From Phoronis australis (lineage: Eukaryota > Animalia > Phoronida), in the NCBI GenBank assembly GCA_002633005.1, contig NMRA01000352.1, positions 96,836 to 160,835 on the forward strand: a stretch of 64,000 nucleotides of DNA, read 5' to 3'. Made by a program: the position numbers and the translations under genes. The notes below the pieces were generated by a model. It was not told where the DNA came from. It did not search any database and worked only from the letters and a program-made list of their open reading frames with translations. This document shows positions 14,501 to 27,184 of this stretch, in pieces (positions within the stretch are counted from its first letter, which is position 1; each line of letters begins with the position of its first letter).

Positions 14501-17500
14501 TCAAAAGTGATCCACTGTAAATCACTCTACCGTGTCCAATAAGTATTGTGATGAGGTGTTGGTGAATAGCACTGCATGATGCGGGCTATGTGAGCCTCCA
14601 AGGTACAATTCATTACTGCAAAGGTCACCTCTTTGCAGAATTTTTTGTTTTCACATTTACAAGTTGTCAATGAATACACCACATAATAACTGCACTTTTT
14701 GTTTAGCGTAGCCTTGTCTTTTAGTCCCTATTAGCATAGTTAGGAGTATGCAAATACATGTTTAAAATTATTTGGCATTTATTGCAATAGAGACTCCGCC
14801 CCTTTCGGGGCACCTTGTACAAGAACCACTGACATCTTCAATTGTCTTTATCTCTAGCACTGATCTAAGCTCTTTATGTTTGAAGGAGGGCAATTGATAG
14901 TTAAGGAAAAGTATCTATAATGAGTTGTAGTTGTTGAAATGATGAAGAGAATTTTGTATTGGATGGTTATTAATAATGCATGTCTTAGGGTTCATGGTGG
15001 TCAGCGTAATGTACTCTTTACTTTAATTTGCAGATCTCAACTTGTGCCATGGTGGCTGGTCTGGGAGAGCCGGCCAGACTGCTGCAGAGATATCAAGGTT
15101 AGATATTGCGCCTACTTGGGTTGATATTTTTGCAGTTTCAGGTGTCATCTCGAATTTTTTTTCCCCACAGATATCATCTTTGGTGGGCATAGTTTTTGTG
15201 GTGGTATCATCTTGGGTGTGTGTATTGAGGCTTCATGGTTCTGTGTCGGGTACCTATTGTTCGATTGCCCATGTATGGTAATGGTCTGGTCTTGAATGTG
15301 CAGTTCTTTCTAAGCATTGAAAGCCAACTGATGGTTTTTATTTGTTTATTTCTTATAATTTCTCCAAGGTGATAGGGGTCAATACAGTTTAACCTAATAT
15401 TTATGTGCAAAAGGTGAATACTACACTAATGTTGGAACTGTCTGAAATGGACCATTTTTAGCCTTTATGTGACAGCAATTCATTAACTCTACTTGATTCC
15501 ATTATTTGACTTGAGTAATGATGCCAGAGATACGTACATGTAATATAATTTAGCCATTCAGACACACAGTGTTTGCATTGCTTGACCTACCCACAGCATC
15601 ACACTCATCCTGTTTGAAAAACATTTTCATTTTTATGTTCATATAAATCCAAATTGACCAAAAATACCTTCAGAAGAGGTAACATTCCCCTTTAACACTC
15701 TCGTATTCAACCTTTCCAATGAGTTGCTGTCTTCTGTTTTTCTTCATTAACTTGAGGAGAGTGTTTCACAGTGAATTATAACTTCGTAAGGTATGACTAG
15801 AACTGTGCGACCACTAGTGGTAACTGAGCTCAAAGATCTCTATGGTAAATTTCCTGTCTTAATGCACTGCAATACCATCACTTGTTTGTGGTACTCCTTC
15901 GAAGGTTATCGATAGCTTTGTTCTTTCCATTCTTGTCTTACACCCGACTCCCTTCCATTTGTACAAAACTGTCAGACTACTGTTGAGATGGCATTACAAT
16001 CCTTATGCTTATTTGGTTGTTTCTTTGTTTTTCATGTCAGGAGGGGACCAGCCCAGTGAGGAGCTTTTGTTCCACATGGAAGATGAAAGTGAACCTGCTT
16101 TACAGGAAGGTAAGTACTGAGAACAGTTTAATAGGAAAAACAGCGCAATGCAGCAGACTTAATGCGTGAGGCTAGGTTCAAATCCCACGTTTATTGGAAA
16201 GATGTGAGCAGTTTTGAATGTCTTGTGCTCGAGATTGTATGTGTATGTATATGTATTGTGGTGCATCAGGTCTGAGCAACTCTGTCTTTATTGTGGTCAT
16301 ATTCATGGCTAAATGCCATCACTAACTTAATCCTCATTCAGTTTTGCCAAGTGTTGCTCTCTAGAGTGCTTTCACGTTTTTTTTTCAGTTTCCAAGTCAC
16401 AAAAGCTCAAGAAAAAGTTTCCTAAGTATCATGTGAGTTTGATGTCATCATACATGATTTGTTTTGAAAGCTGTCCGTCATGCAGATGTTATCTGTGTAA
16501 TAATATCTAAAGAGTTTCTGAACAAGTTAAATATTAATGCTTATACTCTGTAAGGGCCCTGTCGCACCAAACTCTGTCTCTCAGCATTCGAGCACGTCTT
16601 AAGTACTAGTCCACGAGAGCACCAGCCATGAGCGGCAAGGTGGGGGTCAGCCGATTTTCACCAAATTTGGCACATAGGTAGTCCTATGGGATCTATAAAC
16701 AGCGGTAAAATATTTCCTCAAAATATTGCGTTTTTCTAAAGTTATAGGCTCAAACACATTTTACGGCTTCGCAGCCATGTTTTCACGGTATAAAAACTGT
16801 CCAGTTTTAACTGTTCATATTTTTCCTTGAATGAAAGCTATTGATTTATTATTTACTGGGCATTGTTTAGTGGTGCCTGTAGATTGTTACACAGATGTCT
16901 TGAAACACGATTCCGATTTACCACCATCATTTAGTGATTTTACTACACTCCCCCCCGTTATGCCATTTTGAGGTTGTGTTCAATACACTGCTGTACCAAA
17001 TCTGCCCCCACTNTCCACATGGAAGATGAAAGTGAACCTGTTTTACAGGAAGGTAAGTACTGAGAACAGTTTAATAGGAAAAACAGCGCAATGCAGCAGA
17101 CTTAATGCGTGAGGCTAGGTTCAAATCCCACGTTTATTGGAAAGATGTGAGCATTTTTGAATGTCTTGTGCTCGAGATTGTATGTGTATGTATATGTATT
17201 GTGGTGCATCAGGTCTGAGCAACTCTTTATGCTCTGCTAACTGTCTTTATTGTGGTCATATTATAGCTAAATGCCATCACCAACTTATTTAATCCTCATT
17301 CAGTTTTGCCAAGTGTTGCTCTCTAGAGTGCTTTCACGTTTTTTTTTTCAGTTTCCAAGTCACAAAAGCTCAAGAAAAAATTTCCTAAGTATCATGTGAG
17401 TTTGATGTCATCATACATGATTTGTTTTGTAATCTGTGCGTCATGCAGATGTTATCTGTGTAATAATATCTAAAGAGTTTCTGAACAAGTTCAATATTAA

Positions 17501-18972
17501 TGCTTATAATCTGTAAGGGCCCTGTCGCACCAAACTCTGTCTCTCAGCATTCGAGCACGTCTTAACATCTTGATCAGACAATGCCCTGGGGCCGCGTGTA
17601 ATTTTAAACAAAAGGCATGCCTTAATTGTGACATCACGCATGGGCTTCCTACGCAGGTTGTACAAAACTTTCAAATCACTTTTTACTCGCTTTGTTTCAA
17701 GATTTTACTGAGAACTTGTTGAACTTATGCTAGTGTCCAATACTAAATTGTTGGCGTTGTTTGAGTTCTGCTCACTTATGATAGTGCTAAGTATCATGGA
17801 CGATAATGTTATTGCATGTGAATAACACTAAGCTATTATATTTCAGATGCCACCTCTAGTGAGACATGGTATTAACTTGACACCACTATCGAGTATTCCT
17901 GGAGCAAGGGTTGACGAATACTTGGGCAATCTCAACTTTTTCTACATTCGAGAGACGACCTCACTTAGAGAGGTGTGTGTGTGTGTGTTCATATGAGTTG
18001 TAACTCAAAATTCCTGGAACTGGTGTTGTTTTGAAGTACATTAAATGCCTGTAAGGCAACTTTTATATTATGGTAGATATAAAAACTGTTAGAACTTATA
18101 GTTTATTATATATTTTCTATTCGATATATACCGTAGTGTATATTAGAAAAAGTTGTACATTCACAAAGCTCTGCTAGTAAAGAAAATGTATCTTACAGCT
18201 ACTCTGTTGTTCATGTTATGTGAGTCATTAGTTGTTACTATTCTGCTTATTGTTCCTAGAATGGAGGCTTGTCAGGGTTTGTTCAGAACTTCATCGCAGA
18301 GGTGCAGGCCATCGTTAGATCTCATGTGGCGGCGCTCGGTGGCAATGCTATGGTCTCATACCGAATGACAGAATGTGTGCTAATTGACAACATCTACAAA
18401 AACCAGGTACTAGCCGAATATATTAACTTTTTAAAATTCTGTATTCTTGCTTGTAAGAGTTTAAGATCTTTTAAATCTATGAATAGTCCATTGAATGGAT
18501 TGAACATTATGAGAACTGATCAATAAGTTAATGAAAGATTTGGTTTCACAGAGCATTTAATAAAGTTGCTCAATCTTACAACAAAAAGTGTTGGATCTGG
18601 TCTGTGTTTTCTAAACAGTCATGTGATGATGTGATATTTTTGGGGATCTTTTTTTTTTCCCAGCGCCTTGTGATGCTACGAGTCATAACTGCTGTATAGT
18701 TTCTTTTCAAAAACAAAAATTCCTATCCAGTCATCTCAAATCTCATGGCGTACGAACTTATGCATTAGGAAGACTGTACATCACTGTCTCAACAGGGCCA
18801 GTGTTTGATCAATGTCTGTGGAGATGCTACTCAAGTGACCTACAACTTGCCTCAAAACATGACTCCCCCTGGTGGTAGTGCTTCCAAAAGGTGGAGCGGG
18901 TCACCTCAGCAGCGAGCTGACACTGTGAAGACAGAACTGTTCCCGGGAAAGAAGATGCAGACAGAAGTATAG
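11522..18972 (+). CDS. C2CD5: C2 domain-containing protein 5 (C2CD5/KIAA0528) orthologue, 3' ten coding exons
   Basis: Phase-consistent GT-AG exons: 11522-11629 (..ERLDLDLSADNKDTFVLE), 12853-12975 (IDDSEDEAG..PPGFYACTTDDMPG..), 13520-13600, 14044-14133 (GLFFHARSLVPCCLCK..), 15034-15097, 16041-16109, 16389-16432 (duplicate 17352-17395), 17847-17972 (LTPLSSIPGARVDEYLGNLNFFYIRETTSLRE), 18260-18406 (NGGLSGFVQNFIAEVQAIVRSHVAALGGNAMVSY..) and 18796-18972 (GQCLINVCGDA...TAG). These match vertebrate C2CD5 C-terminal motifs as recalled (DAFVLEIDD, PCCLC, FFIRETTSLREEGGVSGF, HVAALGGNAVVSY, AQCLINVSGDAV). The C2-domain exons are not in the window. Confidence 0.93.
16071..17565. repeat. Near-identical duplication (16071-16602 / 17014-17565) across N at 17013; probable haplotype-overlap artefact
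   Basis: Copy 2 starts mid-exon right after the N and repeats part of C2CD5 exon 16041-16109 and all of exon 16389-16432. Confidence 0.85.
16603..17012. mobile_element. Allele-specific non-autonomous element (truncated by N), family unassigned
   Basis: Present after CACGTCTTAA in copy 1 and absent at the same site in copy 2 (17565). It contains CCGATTTTCACCAAATTTGGCACA, a motif common in animal non-autonomous DNA elements. Confidence 0.55.
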
Positions 18973-19002
18973 AGGGTGTGGTGTAACACTTTATTTTGTG
19001 AA

Positions 19003-19084
19003 GACCTGTCATGTTGCTAGGACACCGACATGTGACGTTGGCAGACCTGTCATGTTGCTAGGACACAGACATGTGACATTGGCA
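19003..19084. repeat. 41-bp tandem duplication in C2CD5 3' UTR region
   Basis: GACCTGTCATGTTGCTAGGACAC(C/A)GACATGTGAC(G/A)TTGGCA, two copies. Confidence 0.85.
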
Positions 19085-19729
19085 CTGTTTGTTACATAGC
19101 TGTGGCATCTCATTTTTTTCTGAAATGATTTGTCTTGAATGTGCAATAGCAAGTGTATTTATTGTGCAGGAAGCAAGCACTGGAAGAGAATAGCAGCCAA
19201 GCTGCCAACTTTCTATCCAAGCTGTTGCAAGCCATGTTCTAGTTTTACAAAAGAAACATTGATTAAATGGAGTTGTCTCAAAAACTTACTCCATCCAGTC
19301 TGTTCTTGAAATTTAAAATGATCAACTTGGTCACATGACAAAATCAATGGAACTAAGATTTGCATAAAATCAAAAATCAAATTTTGAAGGATTTCTACTT
19401 TCAGAAAATACATGCTTTTTATCGAGTTAAATTCAATGATTTTGTAGATATTTGGGTAAATGCAAAGACTTTTCTATTAGGTCTCAAATAACCTTTAAGA
19501 ATTCAAGCACACGCAAACAGTGAAAATGCAAGATATTTTCTTAATTTTATTTGATAATTGTGACCTTTTTATCCACACACTAGATATGAAAGCAAAATAT
19601 GTGATGTACCTTGGTCAGTAAGCATCTCAGTCATAGTCATTTTTGAGTGAAGTTTTACAACTCTCTTAACCTACTTTTGTATAACCATTCGGTAATATTT
19701 TGTTGTTAAAAATAATTTTCTCACGAAAA

Positions 19730-21500
19730 CTAAAACCATAAATTTCACCGCAAATTTTAATGAACGATAATTCGAAACAAATTCTTCGATTGACGTTGAA
19801 ATCAGTCCTACTTATCAATTCCACAAACATGTATTCACAAAGTTCTGTGATCTAACTTTCTTGAAAGATGAGTGCCTGCTGTTATGCGAGTGTTCTCACC
19901 CTGATTTCCACTCCACTTTACTCTGTTAAGTTAACATCTCTTAACATATTGTTGATTTCGCCAGCTGATGGGCGGGTCATCAGAGAAGAATGAGGTCACC
20001 TCCTTTACCGATTGCTTTCTTTGAAACGAATCATGCATGTATTCTGACGGGCCAGGTAAATCTGTCTATCTTTTCAATTAAACGTATTTCTTTCTAGGAA
20101 CATCCTCTTGACATTACTGCCTAATTCTTTTAGTTTTACTATTTTTCCAAAATTAATGCAGAATGTTCTTCTCCTGATAACAGTGTAGAATGACTTGATG
20201 AGCATTGTTGAGGCAACAAGTAGCCCCTTGGCTGGCTATACAGAGGTTAAAGTCCTCCCCATCACTTTCTGTACTATTCTCATCCCGTGTATTTTAAACC
20301 ATAATCAACTTACCAGTTTTCGCCTTGTTAAAACTACACTTTACATTATCTCTGAAAAAGTTCTTACTGCCTCCAGCGATCCATTCTGGTTCCTTACATA
20401 TCCTCGATGTGGCATGTCTATGGGAATTAAGATGTCTTTGGCAAAGAATTCAAACTCCACTTTTTTGGTCGCTGTATACTTTTTCTCACCCACAACATCC
20501 ATAATGACGTCACAGGAATTAAGCCACAGGAGTTAGGCCACAGGAGGCTGAACGGAACACATGATCTGGTGACTGAATCTTGTAGCATGGGAGGATGTTC
20601 ATAATGGGCGTACTTTCTGTCGCATGGACTTCGATTCCATTGCGTTGCCAATTTAAGAAAAATCCTGTCGGGGGTTCTTCATTTTGATGTCATGTTCGAA
20701 CTTAGGTTAGGCACGTTATTCCCGAGAATGATGTTTAATAGTCGATCATTCTTGTATTCTGAAAGCAATTAAAACAACAAGATCTCGTTTAGTGGACTCC
20801 AACAGTGTAATTGCCGTGATTCAAAAGCTATTGAGTTACTTCTTTGTAAATGCAAGTCTTTGCGTTGGCAATTCCATTGTACAACAAATGTGTTCAATAG
20901 TAAACACTGAACTGCTACCATGATTATATACAATTCCTAATTTTGGGGCAGTCTCTACGGGGATGTCCATGGGTACCAAACTACACAGTGCTTGAGAAAA
21001 ATAAATTACTGAATGTACATGTAAAATAAAATAAAATTTGATTATTCTTTACCTGTAACAAACTTCATCACTTCAGCACTTTCCTTGCCTCGCAATTCCT
21101 GTGGTGACCTGAAAGACAAACAATCTCTCAAAATCTTTCTCTACTCCTCTGACCAGTCCGCTAAGGCGCTGTGTGTACTCCTTCAAGTGCTGACTGTACT
21201 CTGTGCATAATGCCCCTAAAGTAAAGCAGACAACTGCCCTACATAATAATACTGTTGTAAATTGGCCCAAATTTTCCTTGTTTTTCCTTCCAGTCGAAGT
21301 GCATTGACCCTCTCACACTATCAAATTCGAAACTGATTTTCATCGTTATTATGTAATAGTTACCAAGTAGCGAGCCTCCTGCCAACAACTGCTTTCTTAC
21401 TACTGAGTTTGATGAATGCAAGATAGTCTATTTACCAGGTCTTCCCATCGGCACCCTCGATTAAGTGCGATTCAGTCACTATTGAATGAACCCTGAAAAT
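19730..21500 (-). pseudogene. Possible decayed spliced gene of unknown family
   Basis: Coding-like stretches on the minus strand are broken by stops and frameshifts (..LLCRAVVCFTLGALCTEYSQHLKEYTQRLSGLVRGVEKDFERLFVFQ..; ..EEPPTGFFLNWQRNGIEVHATESTPIMNILPCYKIQ..). Apparent acceptors lie at ~21493 and ~20759 and a donor at ~21052. Confidence 0.3.
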
Positions 21501-21719
21501 CTTTGCGGAACAAGAAAACATAAACTTTTATTAGGTATTGATGTGATGTTATTGATTATTATAACAAGATCTCAGAATTAAGCATGGTTTCGTCACTGAC
21601 TTCAGTGTTACTTTGGAGAATAGACATTTACCTCAAGTGAGTGAAAGCGCACTTGGTCGGCTACCTTGATGTCAGTAGCAATGACATTCGCAGAGTGAGA
21701 AATTGGGAACCTGCATCAC

Positions 21720-24700
21720 CTGTGGCTGTTGACATTCGCTGTCAAACTTATATAATGCGTGATCGTATTATTATTAGGATACTGCAAACAATGCAAACAT
21801 TATAGAATAAGATTTTTATTAGATACGTATGTGGTATGTTACTGATAATTAGAACAAGATCTTGGAGCTAAGCAAGGTAGCTGTCATCAGGTCATAGACA
21901 TTTAAAAGTCGTATGAGTTTTTGATCCAATAAGAGAAATATTTGAGACCATTTTCATATAAAGCAATGCTTATATAGGTTGTATGCAAGGCATTTAAAGT
22001 GACACGTTCCAGTTAAGCCAGTGGCTTGTTGTGACGCACACGAAATGCATATACTCAGACAACGCATTTTATGTAATTCTAGGACGTTAAATATCAAGTA
22101 GCAGTATTTGTTTTTTACCATTTTCAAAGATCAATAGCTTACGATGGTGTAAGGATATTTTGGCGTCTTCTGTGGCTGTTAACATTTACAGGATCAGAAA
22201 CAAAGAAATTGACCGTGAACTGTTACGAGAGCAATAAGGGAGAATGTATATTTTCACTCGATAAGTTCAACAATAATGGCTTAAAGACAGTGTCATGGTC
22301 ATTCAAGATAGAAAGTATAGTTTTAAGATTATGTATCAATTAAGTTAAAGTACCTAATATAAGTATTTGATCAAGTAAAGAAATTATTTGAGTCCAATTT
22401 CCTATAATGCAATGCTTATATAAGTTGCTAACAAGACATTTAAAACGACACGTTCCAGTTAAACTCGTTGTGTGTTCCGACGCGCAACAAATTGCGCACA
22501 GTTTAACAAACACATTTTATGTAACATAATGGCATAGGTCAAATAGCAGAATTATTTTTTTAACTTTTTTTATAATTGTCATCTCAGTACTTGATCCAAT
22601 CTTAATAGTAGCTTAAGATGGTGTAGAGATATTTTGGCGTATCCTGGGGCTGTTGACATTCGCAGGATCAGAAACAGAAAATTGATCGCGAACTGTTACA
22701 AGAACAATATGCAAGAATGCATCTTTTCATTCGATATGTTCAACAATAATGGTCTAAAGACAGCCTCATGGTCACCCATGATAGAAAGTATATTTTTCAA
22801 GAAATTGTAATAATATAAGACAAGCACGTTGATATAAAATTACGAGGATCAGAAACAGAAACATTGTTCATATAACGTAATAGACCTTTCTTTACATTAC
22901 CTCATGAATATTAAGAGAAAATCCAAAATGAGGCTTATACTGATCAACTACTTCATGCAGCCCTCTGTGCTGGATGATCGACGGTGACCTTATACTTGTT
23001 CCAAACACACATGTTACATTTAGCTTTGTTGAGTCTTATTGTAAAAAGTCTTCATAGTCATCTAGCAAGAATAATATGTCCAAAGGGTACAAGTACTTCA
23101 GTGAAAGTCACATAAGTTCAGTAAGAAGTGAACAATTTTACAGGCTGCATAAACATTCCTCAGTTGTTGTTGAGGCTGGTCAGGCATAGTACAGTCTATT
23201 TCACTGGATTTTTTGTTTCCCAAGATGAATTCAAAGATAATAACGAGTGGTAGGAAAACTGGATAAATTATGGTTAAAACATTTAGTGCTATCAATTTAT
23301 TTGTAAAGTCATTAGATTATTTCGTCAGTCATTTATTCAAGTGTTTGGGACATGGATTGAACATGGTGTCTCTTATTTACCCGTGTTTTCAACTTATCCA
23401 CAGTGGTCTCTTGTTTTTTATATCTGGATAAAAACTGTAAACTAAGACTTCAATAATGTTTAACGCCTGAAGCACAAGGTGGGTCATTTTTTCTTCAAGT
23501 TCTATCTTTTGCTTGATTATGCTGGAAACTGACTTGGACATATTTGACAGTGACGCTGTCACTGGCCCTGACCAAGTTATTCTAGTTGAAAACTTACATG
23601 GCCATCAAAAAATGTAGTCACTGTTATGAGCCAAATGTGCATTCTAATATGCTGATAAAAATAAAAAACAGCCTCATGATCACCCATGATAGAAAGTATA
23701 TTTTTCAAGAAATTGTATCAAGTAAGTTTTGTAATATTTGTATTTGTTCCAGTAAGGGAAATATTTGAGACCATTTTCATATAGTGCAATGCCTATATAG
23801 GTTGTATACATTTAAAGCAACATGTTCCGGTTAAGGTAGTGGCGTGTTCTGACGCACAACAAAATACATAAACTTTGACAACGCATTTTAAGCAACACTA
23901 AGACATTAAATATCAACTAGCAGTATTCGTTTTTTACTTTTCTTCTACGATCGTCATTTCAGTACTTAATCTTATCTTTATAGTAGCTTAAGAAAGTATA
24001 AGGATATGTTAGCATCTTCTGTGACTGTTGACATTCGCAGGATCAGAAACAAAGTAATTGATCGTGAACTGTTAAGAGAACAATAAGCGATAATACATCT
24101 TTTCTGTCCATAAGTTCAACAATGATGGTCTAGAAGCAGTCTTAAAGTCAGCCAAGACAGAAAGTATATTTTTTAAGTATTGTATTAATTGAGTTCAAGT
24201 ACTGTTATATAAGTATTTGATCCAGTAAGGGAAATATTTGAAACCAATTTCATATAATGCAATGCTTATATAGATTGCATGCATATGGGATGCATGCAAG
24301 ACATTAAAAGTGACACGTTCTGGCAAAGCTAGTTGCATGTTTTGACATAGAACAAATTGCGTATAGTTTAAACGGAAACCTCTCCGTCATATACATTATG
24401 CAGTGTAAGGTATGATATTTACAGCTATCTTACTTTAGATAGGATATTTGCAAACGTTTTGCTAGTTAACCATAAACATTGACAATCCTTAATATTGATA
24501 ACACAACAAGATTACGGAGATATGCATGATAGCTGTGGTTAGATCATAGTTATTCAAAAGCCGATCGATGTGCAAAAATATAAGAACAAACACAAAGAAG
24601 TAAACCTAGAGAAATGGAAAAGGTCACCAGAGGTGTTATATATGTATTTATCCATCTGAGTGCTACGGATAGGACGAAGAACTGGGGATTCAAGTTTGTT

Positions 24701-26500
24701 GAGTACGAGAGTCACAGGCCAGCCGCCATGGCGAAAGGGAAATTGATCCCTGGCAGGATTCAGCTGTGAGGTCACCAAATCGCCGTGGACTGGACTGAAC
24801 CTTAGCAAGAGGGTGCCGAACCCGAGCAAGAGATGGATGAAGACATGAACTTTTGTTAGAATTAATGTCCTATTAGACATGAAAGAAGAAACTGGATAAG
24901 GAGAATGCTTTCACCATGCGAGAGCTACATACAAAATTTTCCACACCACAGCAAATGTATACAGAAAAATATGGAAAGGAATTATAAAGAAAATTTCAAG
25001 CTCAGAGCAGGGCTCACGACTAAGAGACAGAAATTAAAGGCAAGACATAATGAAACGGAAACAATGTTAGGTTTCATAAATGCAAAGGCAGTGCCTGAAA
25101 GATTAGAAGAGCGAAGGAGTCTTTCTTTAAGATCGTCCAAAAATGATCAGCTTTCGCAACTCGCCAAAGACAGAAAAGTTTCACAAGTCAAGCTGAGATT
25201 AGCCAAATGGCATTTGTGATCCCAATTTCATAATGTCATAATGCAATACTTATATAGTGTACATGTAACACCTTTAAAGCGACACATTCCGGTAAAGCTA
25301 CTTGCGAGATCTTCCACAAAGAAAATGAAGGAGGTTTCGTAAATGGAGAGAAAGTGCCTGAAAGATTAGAAAAACGAAGGAGTCTATCTTTAGGATCGTC
25401 CTTTCCGAACATTAGAACGTACACTTCTCGAGGTAGACGTAAATTTCATGAAAGGTACAAATGAAAAAGGTTTTCAAGGAATACCAAAATTTCTAGGATA
25501 TCAATTTCATAATATCATTGTGCAATGCATATACAGCTTGCATGCAAGACCTTTAAAGTGACACTCTCCGGTGAAGCTTAATGTGAGATCTTCCACATCG
25601 TAGAAGATGAAGGTTTCGTAAATGGAAAAGAAGTTTTGAAAAATCAGTCCTGCTTTGAATTGTCCAGTGTCCAATCTTAAGAGTGTACCATGCCCGATTT
25701 GTCGAGCAAGTGACGCATATCTAATAGCTTGTGCAACTAGTTATTTCCAAGAAAACGAGTGAGCTTTAAAATAAGCCATGCCTTCAAAATCAAGAGATTA
25801 ATGCAGGATACATTTTGCATGATGAATGGTATTTAACAGTAGTCACACATAATATGTTCATGTAGCAATCTTCTTGTCTCTGATTGCAATGAGTGTCAAA
25901 ATGTGATTATGATCACAGATATACAGGTGTCTTATGTGTTCGGCTAGTGGCTAAAATGCGCACTCTCTCAAGTATGGCCCGCTGACGTGCCACAAAGAGC
26001 CCACTTGATGTTCCAAGATGGGAAGGAATAGCATGGGAAAATGATTTTACCCGCACAGAGATTCAAATATAGCAGTTTAATGGAGACATCAATTTTTATA
26101 AAAAGTATTGTTTAAAATTGGTGATTTAATACTACAAATTTACTTTGTTTGATGTGAAAGAAAATGATGACTGATACGCAATTACCACAGGAGCGAAACT
26201 TTCTGTAATCGCTTAAAAATACTCATTCGCAAGATCAGAAGCAAGAAAATTGATTGCGAACTGTTACGCAAAAAATAAACGATAATGTATCTTTTCACTC
26301 AATAAGTTCAAAAATAATGGTCTAAAGACAGCCTCATGGTCATTAAGATAGAAAGTATTTTTTCAAGAAATTATATCAATAAGTTTAAGTACCGTAATAT
26401 GAGTATATGATCAAGTAAGGGAAATATTTGAGACCAATTTCCTATAATGCAATGCCTATATAGGTTGCATGCAAGACAATTAAAGCGACACATTCTGGAA
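21720..26500. repeat. Degenerate ~450-480 bp tandem/locally dispersed repeat array
   Basis: The motif TGTTGACATTCGCAGGATCAGAAACA..AATTGA.CG.GAACTGTTA recurs at ~22175, 22650, 24025 and 26225 (partial at 21725, 22845). Companion blocks (GGAAATATTTGAGACCA.TTTC.TATA..GCAATGC.TATATAG) recur at ~21935, 22380, 23757, 24230 and 26420. Confidence 0.8.
24581..24920 (+). pseudogene. A1CF/RBM47/RBM46-family RRM2 pseudogene fragment
   Basis: The plus frame reads [77 protein letters not shown]. This matches the family motif [48 protein letters not shown]. It has two in-frame stops, a frameshift and a short internal duplication. Confidence 0.85.
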
Positions 26501-26998
26501 ATTGACATTTGTTTGAGTTTGGCATATTTAATGGCAATGTTTCACCTTACTCCACCATGAGTATTTATGGTCTTGTTGTTGGTCATGTCCTGCACAAGGC
26601 ATGGGTAAACACATCCCGATGCAACTGCAACATACAGACACACACATTGTGCTTATTGCAATGGACCCGTCTGAGCGGCTTGCACACATCTGATTCAATG
26701 TGTATCAGACCGCCTGCACTATTATACACTTATGTCTAAATGAATGACCCACATTGTCAGAAATAATGTGCTTTGTAAAAAATAATTATCTTTCAACTCA
26801 AAAGCAATACAAATTTGTCACTGATTTTTACATGCTGTTACACGATGTGTTAGTACCATGTACTTGTAATGATTGTTTCACCACAAAAAGGTAAAACAAT
26901 TTTCTGTATAGTATTGAAGAAACTGCCATAATTTTCTCGCTCTGCGTCCACTCGGATTTCATGCAGAAGTCTTTGCCATGCAACTGCTTTCGTTTATT

Positions 26999-27184
26999 CT
27001 ATCTTTGATTATCAATTTCAGATGAACTTGGTTGAGTTTTTGAAGCACTGTTGCAGTCTGATGAGCAGTACCGTTGTCCCTCAGGCACATCATTTTCCAT
27101 CCTATTAATGCAATCGAGGTGGTACCAATTGGCCAAACTTGCATACCATTCGTGCAGAGCATTCCACCAACCTACTCGTCTCAT
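26999..27184 (-). mobile_element. Degenerate PHD-finger-like fragment, probably TE-borne
   Basis: NWYHLDCINRMENDVPEGQRYCSSDC resembles the C-terminal half of a PHD finger (W-x-H-x-x-C..P.G.W.C..C). It is frameshifted upstream and lies among TE relics. Confidence 0.45.

Noticed and set aside
17014-17395. Apparent tandem exon duplication / mutually exclusive exons in C2CD5
   Set aside because: The second copy starts mid-exon exactly at an N and is near-identical including its introns; best explained as haplotype overlap.
20195-20540. Polinton/Maverick DNA polymerase C-terminus
   Set aside because: Superficial similarity only; no YGDTDS or other pPolB motifs were found nearby.
24554-24880. 108-aa minus-strand ORF
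   Set aside because: It is the antisense shadow of the plus-strand RBM47/A1CF-like pseudogene.
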